DNA of 64,000 bases, taken from assembly GCA_951406725.2 (NCBI GenBank), contig OX597824.1, forward strand, positions 25,234,001-25,298,000, in the 5' to 3' direction. Made by a program: the position numbers and the translations under genes. The notes under the pieces are model-generated. The model was not told the DNA's origin. It did not search any database and saw only the letters and a list, made by a program, of their open reading frames with translations. Positions 54,094 to 64,000 of the stretch are shown piece by piece. The first letter of the stretch is position 1. Each line of letters starts with the position of its first letter. The DNA comes from Octopus vulgaris (lineage: Eukaryota).

Positions 54094-54426
54094 TTTTTAT
54101 GTTTTTATTTTTTACGTTTTTTATGTTTATATTCTTACATTTCATTTTTATGTTTGCATTTTTCTTTTTATATTTCTGTATAGTCATAATCTAACTCTTA
54201 ATATAAATATGTGGTTATTCGAATGGAATAACTCATGTCATACATCTGAATTATGAATTTGCTTGTCCGAATGTTTTAAGACAAATATCTGAAATTTTTA
54301 TCGTATACCAAATATATATATATATAATATATGTATGTTTGTATGTATCTATCTATATGTCTATATATATATGTATATATGTATATATATTAATATGTAC
54401 AGCTATGTGTGTGAATATATATATAT

Positions 54427-54613
54427 TTGACATAAAATTCTGGTTCAAAACTAAGCTCATGATCTACTTACTGCATTGTCGTTTTGTCACTATCTATTCA
54501 CATTTGCAAGCATGTGCATTAAGCACATGCTTGCAAATGTGAATAGATAGTGACAAAACGACAATGCAGTAAGTAGATCATGAGCTTAGTTTTGAACCAT
54601 AATTTTATGTCAA
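54427..54613. repeat. Near-perfect palindrome, 91-bp arms, 5-nt loop
   Basis: 54427-54517 is the reverse complement of 54523-54613 with 1 mismatch seen; right arm matches ~45874-45965. Confidence 0.95.
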
Positions 54614-56344
54614 CGAATTTTTGAAGAGTGATTCATAGATAGCATTAATATCCCCCGCACTTTCCGTTGCATTGTTGCCTTTATTGTATTGCACCCATAA
54701 AGCAAAATATGCTTGTCACTTCCATTATAGCTTTGAAAAAATAACTGTTGAATCAAGCTGCACTCTTCAAAACTTGCACTAAGGAAAAGGACAAGATCAA
54801 ATTACTACCTGGTTTTATAGCAAGTTTATGCAGGTAGTTTATCCCGTCCCCCTCCTATTTTTAGTTCATGCAATTAAAAAACTGCAATATTTATGGGATG
54901 ATCCAATATGTATCTATGTAAGTATGTATGAATTAAGTAAGTTGTTCTGAATATGAATCAAGTTGTCCTGGATATAGTATGCCAAAAAGATGGGATGGCC
55001 ACGCTTGGAACATCTTTGATGATCGATAAAATATTTACTTAGGGTTCATCTGAATCGAAATAATACGAAATACAGCGACACAACAAAAGAAAATAAAGGA
55101 ACAAATTTGTGGTATTAAAGGATAATTTATAAGCAGTTATATGGTTGCATAGAGGTAGTCTTTATATATACTCTCTGTATATTCCAATCAACATACATTG
55201 CACTTTATGTAAAGAATTTTGTGGCATGATTACACTTCATTTCCGACCCATAAAAACGAGTCTGGTACATTTCACTCTTTTACGCCTTTTGACCATCAAA
55301 TACTTACTCGTACTGTTTTAGGGCAATTATCTTTGGTTCATGAAAAGTTTCCATTATTAACAGTACCATTTGAATTGACTGTTAGAAAAATCTGTAGGCA
55401 CAGGCATCGCTATGTGGTTTAAAAGCTTGCTTTGCAAACACGAGGTTTTTTGTTCAGTCTCACTGCATGGAACCGTGAACAGATCTTTTCTACTGTAACA
55501 CAGGAGGCCGACAAATGGCTTGTGCGTAAATTTGGTAGGGTGAAAATGTATGGAAGCTAGTTATAAATATATATATGTTTGCATGTGTGCGTTTGTGCTT
55601 ATACCCGACCATTGCTTGACATCTGGTGTTGGTTTGTTTATGACTCCGTAACCAAGCGGTTCGGCAAGCGAGGCAGTTTAAATAACCAGCTTAAAAAATA
55701 ATAAGTACTGGGTTCTATTTGTTTGAATAAACTATTCAAGGTGGCGCCCCAGCATGCTCGCTGTCAAATAACAGAAACAAGTTAAAGATAAATGATATAT
55801 GTATATCGATTGTGATTGTGAGTGTGTGTGTACGCGCATGTGTGTGTGTATGCAAGTATGTTTTTGTGCTTGTCCCTCTCCGTACGGGTTAGCAATCAGC
55901 TGAGAAGAAGGGTTTGACAGACATCAAGGTGAACATTCTCCTCTCTTCCTTCCATATAAGATTCTTTTCCTCGCAGCGATTGAACCGATCGACAATCCAA
56001 AATGTCTCTTTTGCCATCTGACATTTAAAATCCTACGTGAATTTAATATTTTCTGTTTCAGCCTTCATTGTATATACTAGAGCCTCGAACTCCTGGGCCA
56101 AAGTCGTTTACTACTACTACTACTACTACTACTAATACCACTGACGCTGCTGCTTCTACTTCTGCTGTTGCTGCTGCTGCTGCTACGTCGGTATTGTCGT
56201 CTTTGGTGTATTTCTGGAAAAGAAAATCAGATACGTAAGAAATAAAGTAAAACTAAAGCATTAAATAATTATTTTTAAAGAAAATTTAATATTGGTTTAA
56301 ATTTTTGGCACAATGCCAGCAATTTAGGGGGTGGGGTAAATCTG

Positions 56345-56738
56345 TTACATCAACTCCAGTGCTTAACTGGTACTTATTTTCATCGACCATGAAATGAAAG
56401 GCAAAGCCGGCCTCAGCAGAATTTGAACTCAGAATATAAGAACAGACGAAATACCTATTTCTTTACTACCCACAAAGGGCTAAACACAGAGAGGACAAAC
56501 AAGGACAGACAAACGGATTAAGTCGATTATATCGACCCCCAATGCGTAACTGGTACTTAATTTATCGACCCCGAAAGGATGAAAGGCAAAGTCGACCTCG
56601 ACGGAATTTTAATTCAGAACGTAACGGCAGACGAAATACCTATTTCTTTACTACCTACAAGGGGCTAAACACAGAGAGGACAAACAAGGACAGACAAACG
56701 GATTAAATCGATTATATCGACCCCCAGTGCGTAACTGG
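56345..56738 (-). mobile_element. Tandem partial copies of SINE family B
   Basis: CAGACGAAATACCTATTTCTTTACTACC..GTCGATTATATCG recurs at ~185-bp spacing. Confidence 0.75.
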
Positions 56739-56900
56739 ACTTTTATAAACTGGAGAAAACTTTCTCCAAAAATGCAAATGATGCTCTTCTATTAAACCAA
56801 ACTCACACTTATTAAGAATAATTCTGCACTATTTATATTGCTACAGTCCATTCTGCACAATGTCGAGGTTCCCTAGCCCCCTCTCTCTCTTTTTCTTTCT

Positions 56901-56934
<34 letters not shown>

Positions 56935-57068
56935 ATATACATATTCATACACACTCATATATATTTGGTAGAGCAAACAGGCTAACTAGAACTCAACATA
57001 TGAGTATATCTATTTGATTAGCGTAATGCACGGAAACCAATCCTTCATTCATTTTGTCACATCTGCTG

Positions 57069-57111
<43 letters not shown>

Positions 57112-57129
57112 GTACACACATATATATAT

Positions 57130-57471
57130 ATCAAAATAAGCAACAAGGATATCCAAAGGTAATGCAGTACGATCGTTTCATGCGACTTCATTTAATTAAA
57201 CAATGCAAGCATTACATCAGTTTTAAAATGTAGAGCAATCTTCAGCTGCATATAAATATAGAATTTTAGTTAAATTGAAAAGATTCATTTTTATGCTTAT
57301 TGGTAAATGAAATAAGTATAAAAATGAATCTTTTCAATTTAACTAAAATTCTATATTTATATACAGCTGAAGATTGCTCTACATTTTAAAACTTGCATTG
57401 TTTAATTAAATGAAGTCGCATGAGACGATCGTACTGCATTACCTTTGGATATCCTTGTTGCTTAGTTTGAT
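57130..57471. repeat. Palindrome of two head-to-head pLTR-like copies, 9-nt loop
   Basis: 57130-57301 versus 57311-57471; one ~11-bp indel and a few substitutions. Confidence 0.92.
57163..57250 (-). ncRNA. Type I HHR with long stem II insert
   Basis: UGCAG-CUGAAGA-uUGC..GCAu-GAAACGAUCGU-A-CUGCA. The right-arm copy has GAAA changed to GAGA. Confidence 0.75.
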
Positions 57472-57684
57472 TATAATCACCCTATTTTGAATTATATGGA
57501 TAATATCATACAAAATTCTTGTGCCTTTAACTTAAGTACCATATTCAACTGAATCTAAATTTTTACTGAATTTATATTTATATATATATATATGTACACG
57601 CACACATATATATATATCTATACATATACACAGACACACACATATATATGTATATATATATACATATACATACACACACACACA

Positions 57685-57747
<63 letters not shown>

Positions 57748-57960
57748 TTCTTTACTACCCACAAGGGGCTAAACACAGAGAGGACACACACGGACAGACA
57801 AACGGATTAAGTCGATTGGACGCTTGCATGTGGCTGATAACATTATAAGACTTGGAATACAGATGCTTGAGCAACACTCTTTGTCTGATAACCTAGAAAA
57901 CATGTCCAAAGAAGTCGCACAACTCTACTGCAACGTATCATCAAATATATATGTATGTAT

Positions 57961-57996
<36 letters not shown>

Positions 57997-58002
57997 GTAT
58001 TG

Positions 58003-58530
58003 TGGAGGCGCGTGGCTTAGTGGTTAGGGTGTCAGCATCATGATCGTAAGATTGTGGTTTCGATTCTTGGACCGGGCGACGCATTGTGTTCTTGAGCAAA
58101 ACACTTCATTTCACGTTGCTCCAGTCCACTCAGCTGGCAAAAATGAGTAACGCTGCGATGGACTGGCGACCCGCGCAGCTGGGGAACACATACGCCATTG
58201 AAACCGGGAAACCGGGCCCATGAGCCTGACTAGGCTTTAAAAGGGTGCAGGAGGCGCAATGGTCCAGTGGTTAGGGCAGCAGACTCACGGTCGGAGGATC
58301 GCGGTTTCGATTCCCAGACCGAGTGTTGTGTGTGTTTATTGACCGAAAACATCTAAAGCTCCGGCAGTGGGTGGTAGCGACCCCTGTTGTACTCTTTCGC
58401 CCCAACTTTCACTCAGTCTCTCTTCCTGTTTCTTGAATAACGCTACGATGGACTGGCGTCCCGTCCAGCTGGGGAGAAAACATACGCCACAGAAACCGGG
58501 AGCCTGGCTAGGCTTGAAAAGGGCGCATAA
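58003..58530 (+). mobile_element. Two adjacent tRNA-derived SINEs, family C
   Basis: GGAGGCGCGTGGCTTAGTGGTTAG..GGTTTCGATTC and GGAGGCGCAATGGTCCAGTGGTTAG..GGTTTCGATTCCC; related copy ~3100-3360. Confidence 0.8.
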
Positions 58531-58538
58531 ATAGAATA

Positions 58539-58594
<56 letters not shown>

Positions 58595-58608
58595 ATATAT
58601 ATATACAC

Positions 58609-58687
<79 letters not shown>

Positions 58688-58739
58688 TAAAATAATATAT
58701 ATATATATACTTGTTCAGTTTTATTTCAATAGACAAAAA

Positions 58740-60760
58740 CTAAGATATCCATGCATAGTCGTCTGCTCATATACCAACCTTTGATACTTTGCAGTAGAGT
58801 TGTGCGACTTCTTTGGACATGTCTTCTAGGTTATCAGACAAAGAGTGTTGCTCAAGAATCTGTATTCCAAGTCTTATAATGTTATCAGCCTCAAGTATGC
58901 AAATTTGGTCAAGGGATGCTCTTCGACATATGGTGGTTAAAAGATGTTGCAGAAGGGATATGATGCGAGATTCAATGGCATTTTGGATCGATGTTAAGCC
59001 TCTGTTGGCTTGTTTTCATTTTAGGTAGAGGCGGTCTACGTCACTGTTTATGTGGAAATTATGTGTGCTTGTTAGTATTTTCCAGGTTTTCATATCAATG
59101 ACTCGCATCTCATCAAGCGTCCAATCAAGCAGCATAAATGTTGGTATGAGTACTGGCACAGCAAAGACATTGTGGACCACTGTTTTATTGAATGCAGAGA
59201 CTTCTGAGGTCCAAATCTTCTCTATGCGGCTGTAATATTCTTTAGTGGCACGTGTTTTGTTACAAGTGCCATTGTAAGATATATTTTCATCTACTCCTAG
59301 ATACCTGTAACATTCCTCGTCAGATATAAGGGAAACAGTCTAATCATTGATATAGATGTTACTAGTCTGGTTTACAGTTCTTCCCTTTTTCACAACTATA
59401 TAACAACATTTATCCTGACTAAACTCCAACCCTACATCCTTTTAGAATGTTGTAATTAGGCCAAGGCTCGTTTTTATCTCATGCATATTCTTTGCATAAA
59501 GTTTCAAATCATCCACAAAGAAACAGTGTGTAATTTTGGTATTTCTCTTTCGTGAGAACCAGTGAGATATCCTTCAGACTTCCATAACATGAATGACAAG
59601 AGGTTTGCGGAAAATATGAACATCACAGAGAGGCTGTTCCCTTGGAATAGGCCTTTGCGATACTGCATACTGACAGTGATAATACAGTCACTCTGTGTTT
59701 AATTTCTAGATGGTGGCCCATGATGAAGTCAGGTAAGCTATAGCTTTGACTATGCGCGCTGGAACTTTAGCAAGTTGAAGGGCTTCAAGCATCCATGAGT
59801 GGAGAAGAGAGTCAAAGGCTTTCTTGTAGTCTAGCCATATTGAAACTAGGTTCATCCTATGCTCTCGCACCTCTGACATCTCAGTTTTGTTGACTAACAA
59901 TTGCACGGTACATCCACAAACTCTCTTCTTTCTAGCTGCTTGTTCTGCTGTATTGATGTTATTGGTTTCATAATGGCCCTGGAGGAAGAGGTTTAAACAT
60001 GCTGTATATATATCTTATATATTAAGTTCTGAAATGCAATTGACCGGTGGTTTTTCGTCATGTGGGTGGATCTGCTTTTGGGGATCAATTCTGTCTCTGT
60101 CAGAGCTGAGCATCGTGGTATGCTACAATCGATATCCAACAATCAAGTCTCTTCCAGGTGCTTCTCCATCCTGGAGACTCAGGATCACAGGTACAAGAGT
60201 TTCACCATTAATGTTGTATGTCTTGGGTGTAACGCAAGAGCAATAACTTCAGATTTCTTTCGGACACAGAGTATCTCTTCAATCCAGATTTTCCTCCAGG
60301 AGGAGGAGTTTATGTCTTCTCGTGAAGGAGCTTCTGTGATGTTCATTGCTCCTCCTCTCATGTATTTGTATACTGCTGCTTGGTTCCGGTTAATTTTTTT
60401 GTTTATTGTTCTCTCGGTTATTCTAATCTGATGTCGAAGTTTCTCACTGACAGCTTTTAGCTCATGCTTGACGGTAATCTGCTTGCAAGTGAGTGTCCTC
60501 ATTTTGTTGTCTCCAAACATCATTTCTATCTTCTTCTTTACTTTCTGTCGGTGGGGCGTATAGTGATTTCCTTGTTTGTACGTAATAAGTATCATTACAT
60601 GACTGATGGTCTTCCGTAAACCAGTTATCTTTTTCTCTGTCTTCAAAATCCATGATGGTACTTTCTTGTTTCGGTTTTGTTTGCTTTTGGAATGGATTTC
60701 ATGTACTGCTTTGCAGGCGTTAATCTGCCAGTATGTGGGTTCCTTTGCTGTAAATACACA
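58740..60760 (-). pseudogene. Decayed non-LTR retrotransposon RT (R4/Dong-like)
   Basis: WLDYKKAFDSLLHSW, GLFQGNSLS, HCFFVDDLKLYAK, GLEFSQDKC, YRYLG; stops and frameshifts. Clade assignment is inference. Confidence 0.85.
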
Positions 60761-61301
60761 TCATCAATTTCGTTAACAGCTTAATTACCATATCTGGTGG
60801 GGTTTTTTTTTTATTTACTTTGGTAAAGAATACACTCTCCTCGAGAGAGTACTTCAAAGCCAAAATTATTTTTTCTCAGAAAATTTCAGTAAGGGAACAT
60901 TTTCACCGGTATATAATCTTGACTACCACTACTACAACAATAATCGTTGTAGTTTTGCCTGCTATTTACCATAGTCATAACAGGGGACCGCAGTCAGTTA
61001 CTTGAGCCAGTAATGTAGTTTGGCTCGCAGACACTATGGAATCTGTTGGAATATCACTAGCCGCGAAACCACTTGGTGGCTTTACATCATTCACATTTTC
61101 GTTTTTGTTTATAGAGTTGTAAAGAAGGTTAATTTTCGATTTTTGATAAAGTTACAGTTACTAACCTTCTTCCTATGTTCTACAAATATTGCTTGTTGGC
61201 GTAGTTGCTTCGCAGTAAAAGGATTTATTTCCGAGTGCAGATTGTTCCGATATGATGTAAGTATGTATGTATGTATGTGTGTGTGTGTGTATGTATGTAT
61301 G

Positions 61302-61335
<34 letters not shown>

Positions 61336-61685
61336 TGTATGTATGTATGTATGTATTACCAGTCAGTCGTGGTAACAACAGTTAATCTCTATCATAAACA
61401 AGGTTTGTATAGTAATCACAAATGAAACGAAAATCGATCAATAAAGTTTATTAATCAATGCATCAATTACACTTTGTTATATTGAAATCAGACAGGAAAT
61501 TTCCATAAGATAACATATGGTATGCAGCTCTTATTTGAAAGCGACAAATATTGCTTATTATGCGATAATCAAGTTTGTAAATGAAAAGAGTATAAGTAGC
61601 CGAGCACTACAGCTGTTTCAAAGGGGTTACTGATTGCATTAGTGGTTAGAGTATGAATGCATTAGGCTTAGTGGTTAGAGTATTC

Positions 61686-61919
61686 TATTTCTTTACTACC
61701 CACAAGGGGCTAAACACAGAGGGGACAAACAAGGACAGACAAAGGGATTAAGTCGACTACATCGACCCCAGTGCGTAACTGGTACTTAATTTATCGACCC
61801 CGAAAGGATGAAAGGCAAAGTCGACCTCGGCGGAATTTGAACTCGGAACGTAACGACAGACGAAATACGGCTACGAATTTCGCCCGGCGTGCTAATGTTT
61901 CTACCAGCTCGCCGCCTTC
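61686..61919 (-). mobile_element. SINE family B inserted into the head of a family C SINE (~61663-62230)
   Basis: 17-bp TSD TAGTGGTTAGAGTATTC at 61669-61685 and 61920-61936. Confidence 0.9.
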
Positions 61920-62799
61920 TAGTGGTTAGAGTATTCGGCTCATGACCGCAAGATCACGAGTTCGAGTTCCAGCAGCACGTTGTGTCCTTGGGCAAGAGAC
62001 TTTCTTTTCACTTTGCTCCAGTCCACTCAGCTGCCAAAATTGAGTTGTACCTGTATGTCAAAGGATCAGCTTTGTCACAATCTGTGTTACGCTGAATCTT
62101 CTTGAGAACTACATTAAGGGTACACGTGTTTATGGGGTGCTCAACCACATGCACGTTAATTCCAGGATCGGGTTGTTCCGATGATGGGATCAACTGAAAT
62201 TCATTTCGTCATAACCGATGGAGCGCCAGTAGTTACAATCGAATGCATCTGCTGTGCAATACTAATGAAAACAGTATGACTCCGAATACCTCCGTAAATA
62301 CACAGAAACGTATATATATATAAAATACTATGCCTACTCATAATAATAAGTGATAGGTTTTTTCCCTACTCTCTGTAAAGGGGATTAATGACCATTTGAC
62401 ATTGACCTAGTTTCTCTCACCAAATAGTAGTAATTGGCATTTTGTTAGTGGCAACTACTGTCTTCAACTTGAATTCCTTTTATGGTATTCTGAAACCTCC
62501 TTTACCCCATTCCTACAACTAAAAAATCTTTATTACTTCTAACATTATAGCAGTTAGATACAGCCATAGCGTGGTCAGTCAGTGGTTGGACTTCACCACC
62601 TCATATGTTCTTAAAATTTAAATCTATATCTTTGTCTGTATATCTACCTTCTCTATAATGTTGCTACTTGATTTGAAAGCTTTTATATTAATGGAAAACC
62701 TATGTAATTGGCTGATGAGCACTCAGCATCTTAAATCTGCTGTAATACTTACAACTTTTAATAAAATGATGTAGTGCGAAACAATTGTACTAAATTACC

Positions 62800-63103
62800 G
62801 GAGTCATTCTTGTTGCTGATTTTCTTTGTTTTTTGTATTTATATTCGCATGGCATCGTCCGTTTTTCTGTCCTTGTTTCGTATACATTCGATCCTTTTTC
62901 CAAGAAATCTAATGCTCGTAGCTTAGTTTTTCCTTGGGGTTGGCCGGATCGGAGCGATCTCAAGATTAATCAGCCGAAATTGCGAGGATGATCCGGTTCT
63001 TGACTGAAGATTGAAGGCTTCGTATGTCCCGTCCGTGTTTTTTGTATCATCTTCTAAATGTTTTGCGCTCTTGTCCCAGTTTGTATTTTTTTACATATAC
63101 ATA
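62800..63103 (+). mobile_element. PLE pLTR fragment, same family as 993-1137 and 7958-8124
   Basis: Shared TCAAGATTAATCAGCCGAAATT..GATCCGGTTCTTGACTGAAGA..GTCCGTGTTT..TTACATATACATA end. Confidence 0.8.
62943..63014 (+). ncRNA. Candidate rearranged hammerhead ribozyme, family 1, with putative kink-turn
   Basis: GCGAU-C-UCAAGA-uuaa-UCAGcc-GAA-AUUGC-gag-GA-U-GAUCCGGU-UCUUGA-CUGAAGA-UUGA; stem III covaries with 8046-8108. Confidence 0.62.
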
Positions 63104-64000
63104 AATTTATATATATTGCTAAATGTGACAATCGAAAGTAAAGCAGTGACACAATGCTAAATGTAACGATAGGCAAAAGAAAGCAGTAACACATAAAACG
63201 CCGAAATGAAACAAGTTAACAAAAATGAAATGTAGTTACAAATGAGTAAACACAAAAAAGAAGCATGCACACAATCATATACACAAAAGTCCACACGTTT
63301 AAAGATCGTTGAAAGGTAAAGAAAGAACAAACAGAAAAAAGATATAGATAATAAGAGTTAAGACAAAACTGAAACATGCGTCTTACGCAACTATGAAGTA
63401 TGTGTGAAAAAAATGATAAAGGTAAACTCGCATATATGAGTGGATAAAAATATATAAATTGGCAGGATGTAACATGATACGCCGAAGAAATAGAAAATCC
63501 AATAGTATAAAAAGTGAAGTGCAAAAGAAACATGACAATATAAAACCCTTAAGCAATATATATATATATATATATAATAATTATTATTTGAGGGAATAAA
63601 ATCCAAACTTATTATATACCTATTATATACGTTTTTATTATTATTTTTGCAATTTACTTAATCTTTACATTTTATTGTTATTTAAATTTTAACTTTTCTA
63701 TTATATGTAATTTTCTAGATGGTGTAACTTAATTGTTCATTTTGAATTGATAAAACGTGTTTTTTTTTCTAATTTTATATATATGTATATAACATACCTG
63801 CTAAAAATTAAGGTGCTAAGGAGAAATTCCAAAAGTATAATCGAATAGAGTGAATAGGGATAAGTGATGTAACAAGTGAACGTAGTACCCTTTCCATACG
63901 TGTTGGGTAGGATACGGGTTAGCCGAATGAAGACACCGCCATGCAGTAGCAACACGAAAAGGTCATGTAGAATCCTGTTTCGTATACATGTTAATAAAAC

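Larger units (their letters stand above)
52427..54313. mobile_element. Old foldback/MITE-like element with ~440-bp diverged inverted arms and two nested insertions
   Basis: 52427-~52865 is a diverged reverse complement of ~53510-54313 after removing 53740-54093; outer ends TTTGGTATACGATAAAAATTTCAGA. Confidence 0.75.

Noticed and set aside
58003-58330. tRNA genes
   Set aside because: A/B boxes run into SINE bodies; no complete cloverleaf.
63360-63400. GAAACATGCGTC as part of another hammerhead
   Set aside because: No CUGANGA core or stem I partner nearby.

Overview
AT-rich, repeat-saturated animal DNA with no convincing host gene. The TA/CA/TATG microsatellite load and tRNA-derived SINE families suggest a coleoid cephalopod such as Octopus (inference). 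Bases 1-43786 are a ~13.5-kb tandem segmental duplication with junctions at 4584/4585 and 18098/18099. One copy carries a 13.1-kb insertion (19920-33020) in a (TA)n tract: 25 near-identical 507-bp non-coding units plus a 336-bp inverted end. Every unit has a complete type I hammerhead ribozyme (HHR) on the minus strand, and the inverted end has twin-priming geometry, so this looks like a retrozyme/Penelope-type multimer copied from RNA. The window also holds a near-intact Neptune-clade Penelope-like element (PLE; RT + GIY-YIG, 47288-52311) and many PLE terminal-repeat (pLTR) fragments with HHRs. Two of these families appear to fold as non-circularly permuted hammerheads (8046-8108, 8892-8954, 62943-63014; 10369-10440, 36060-36131). 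Other content: Tc1 and mariner fossils, LINE fossils, a small Helitron, SINEs and several large palindromes. Most ORFs in the supplied track are microsatellite artefacts. All RNA folds were assigned by eye and are untested.
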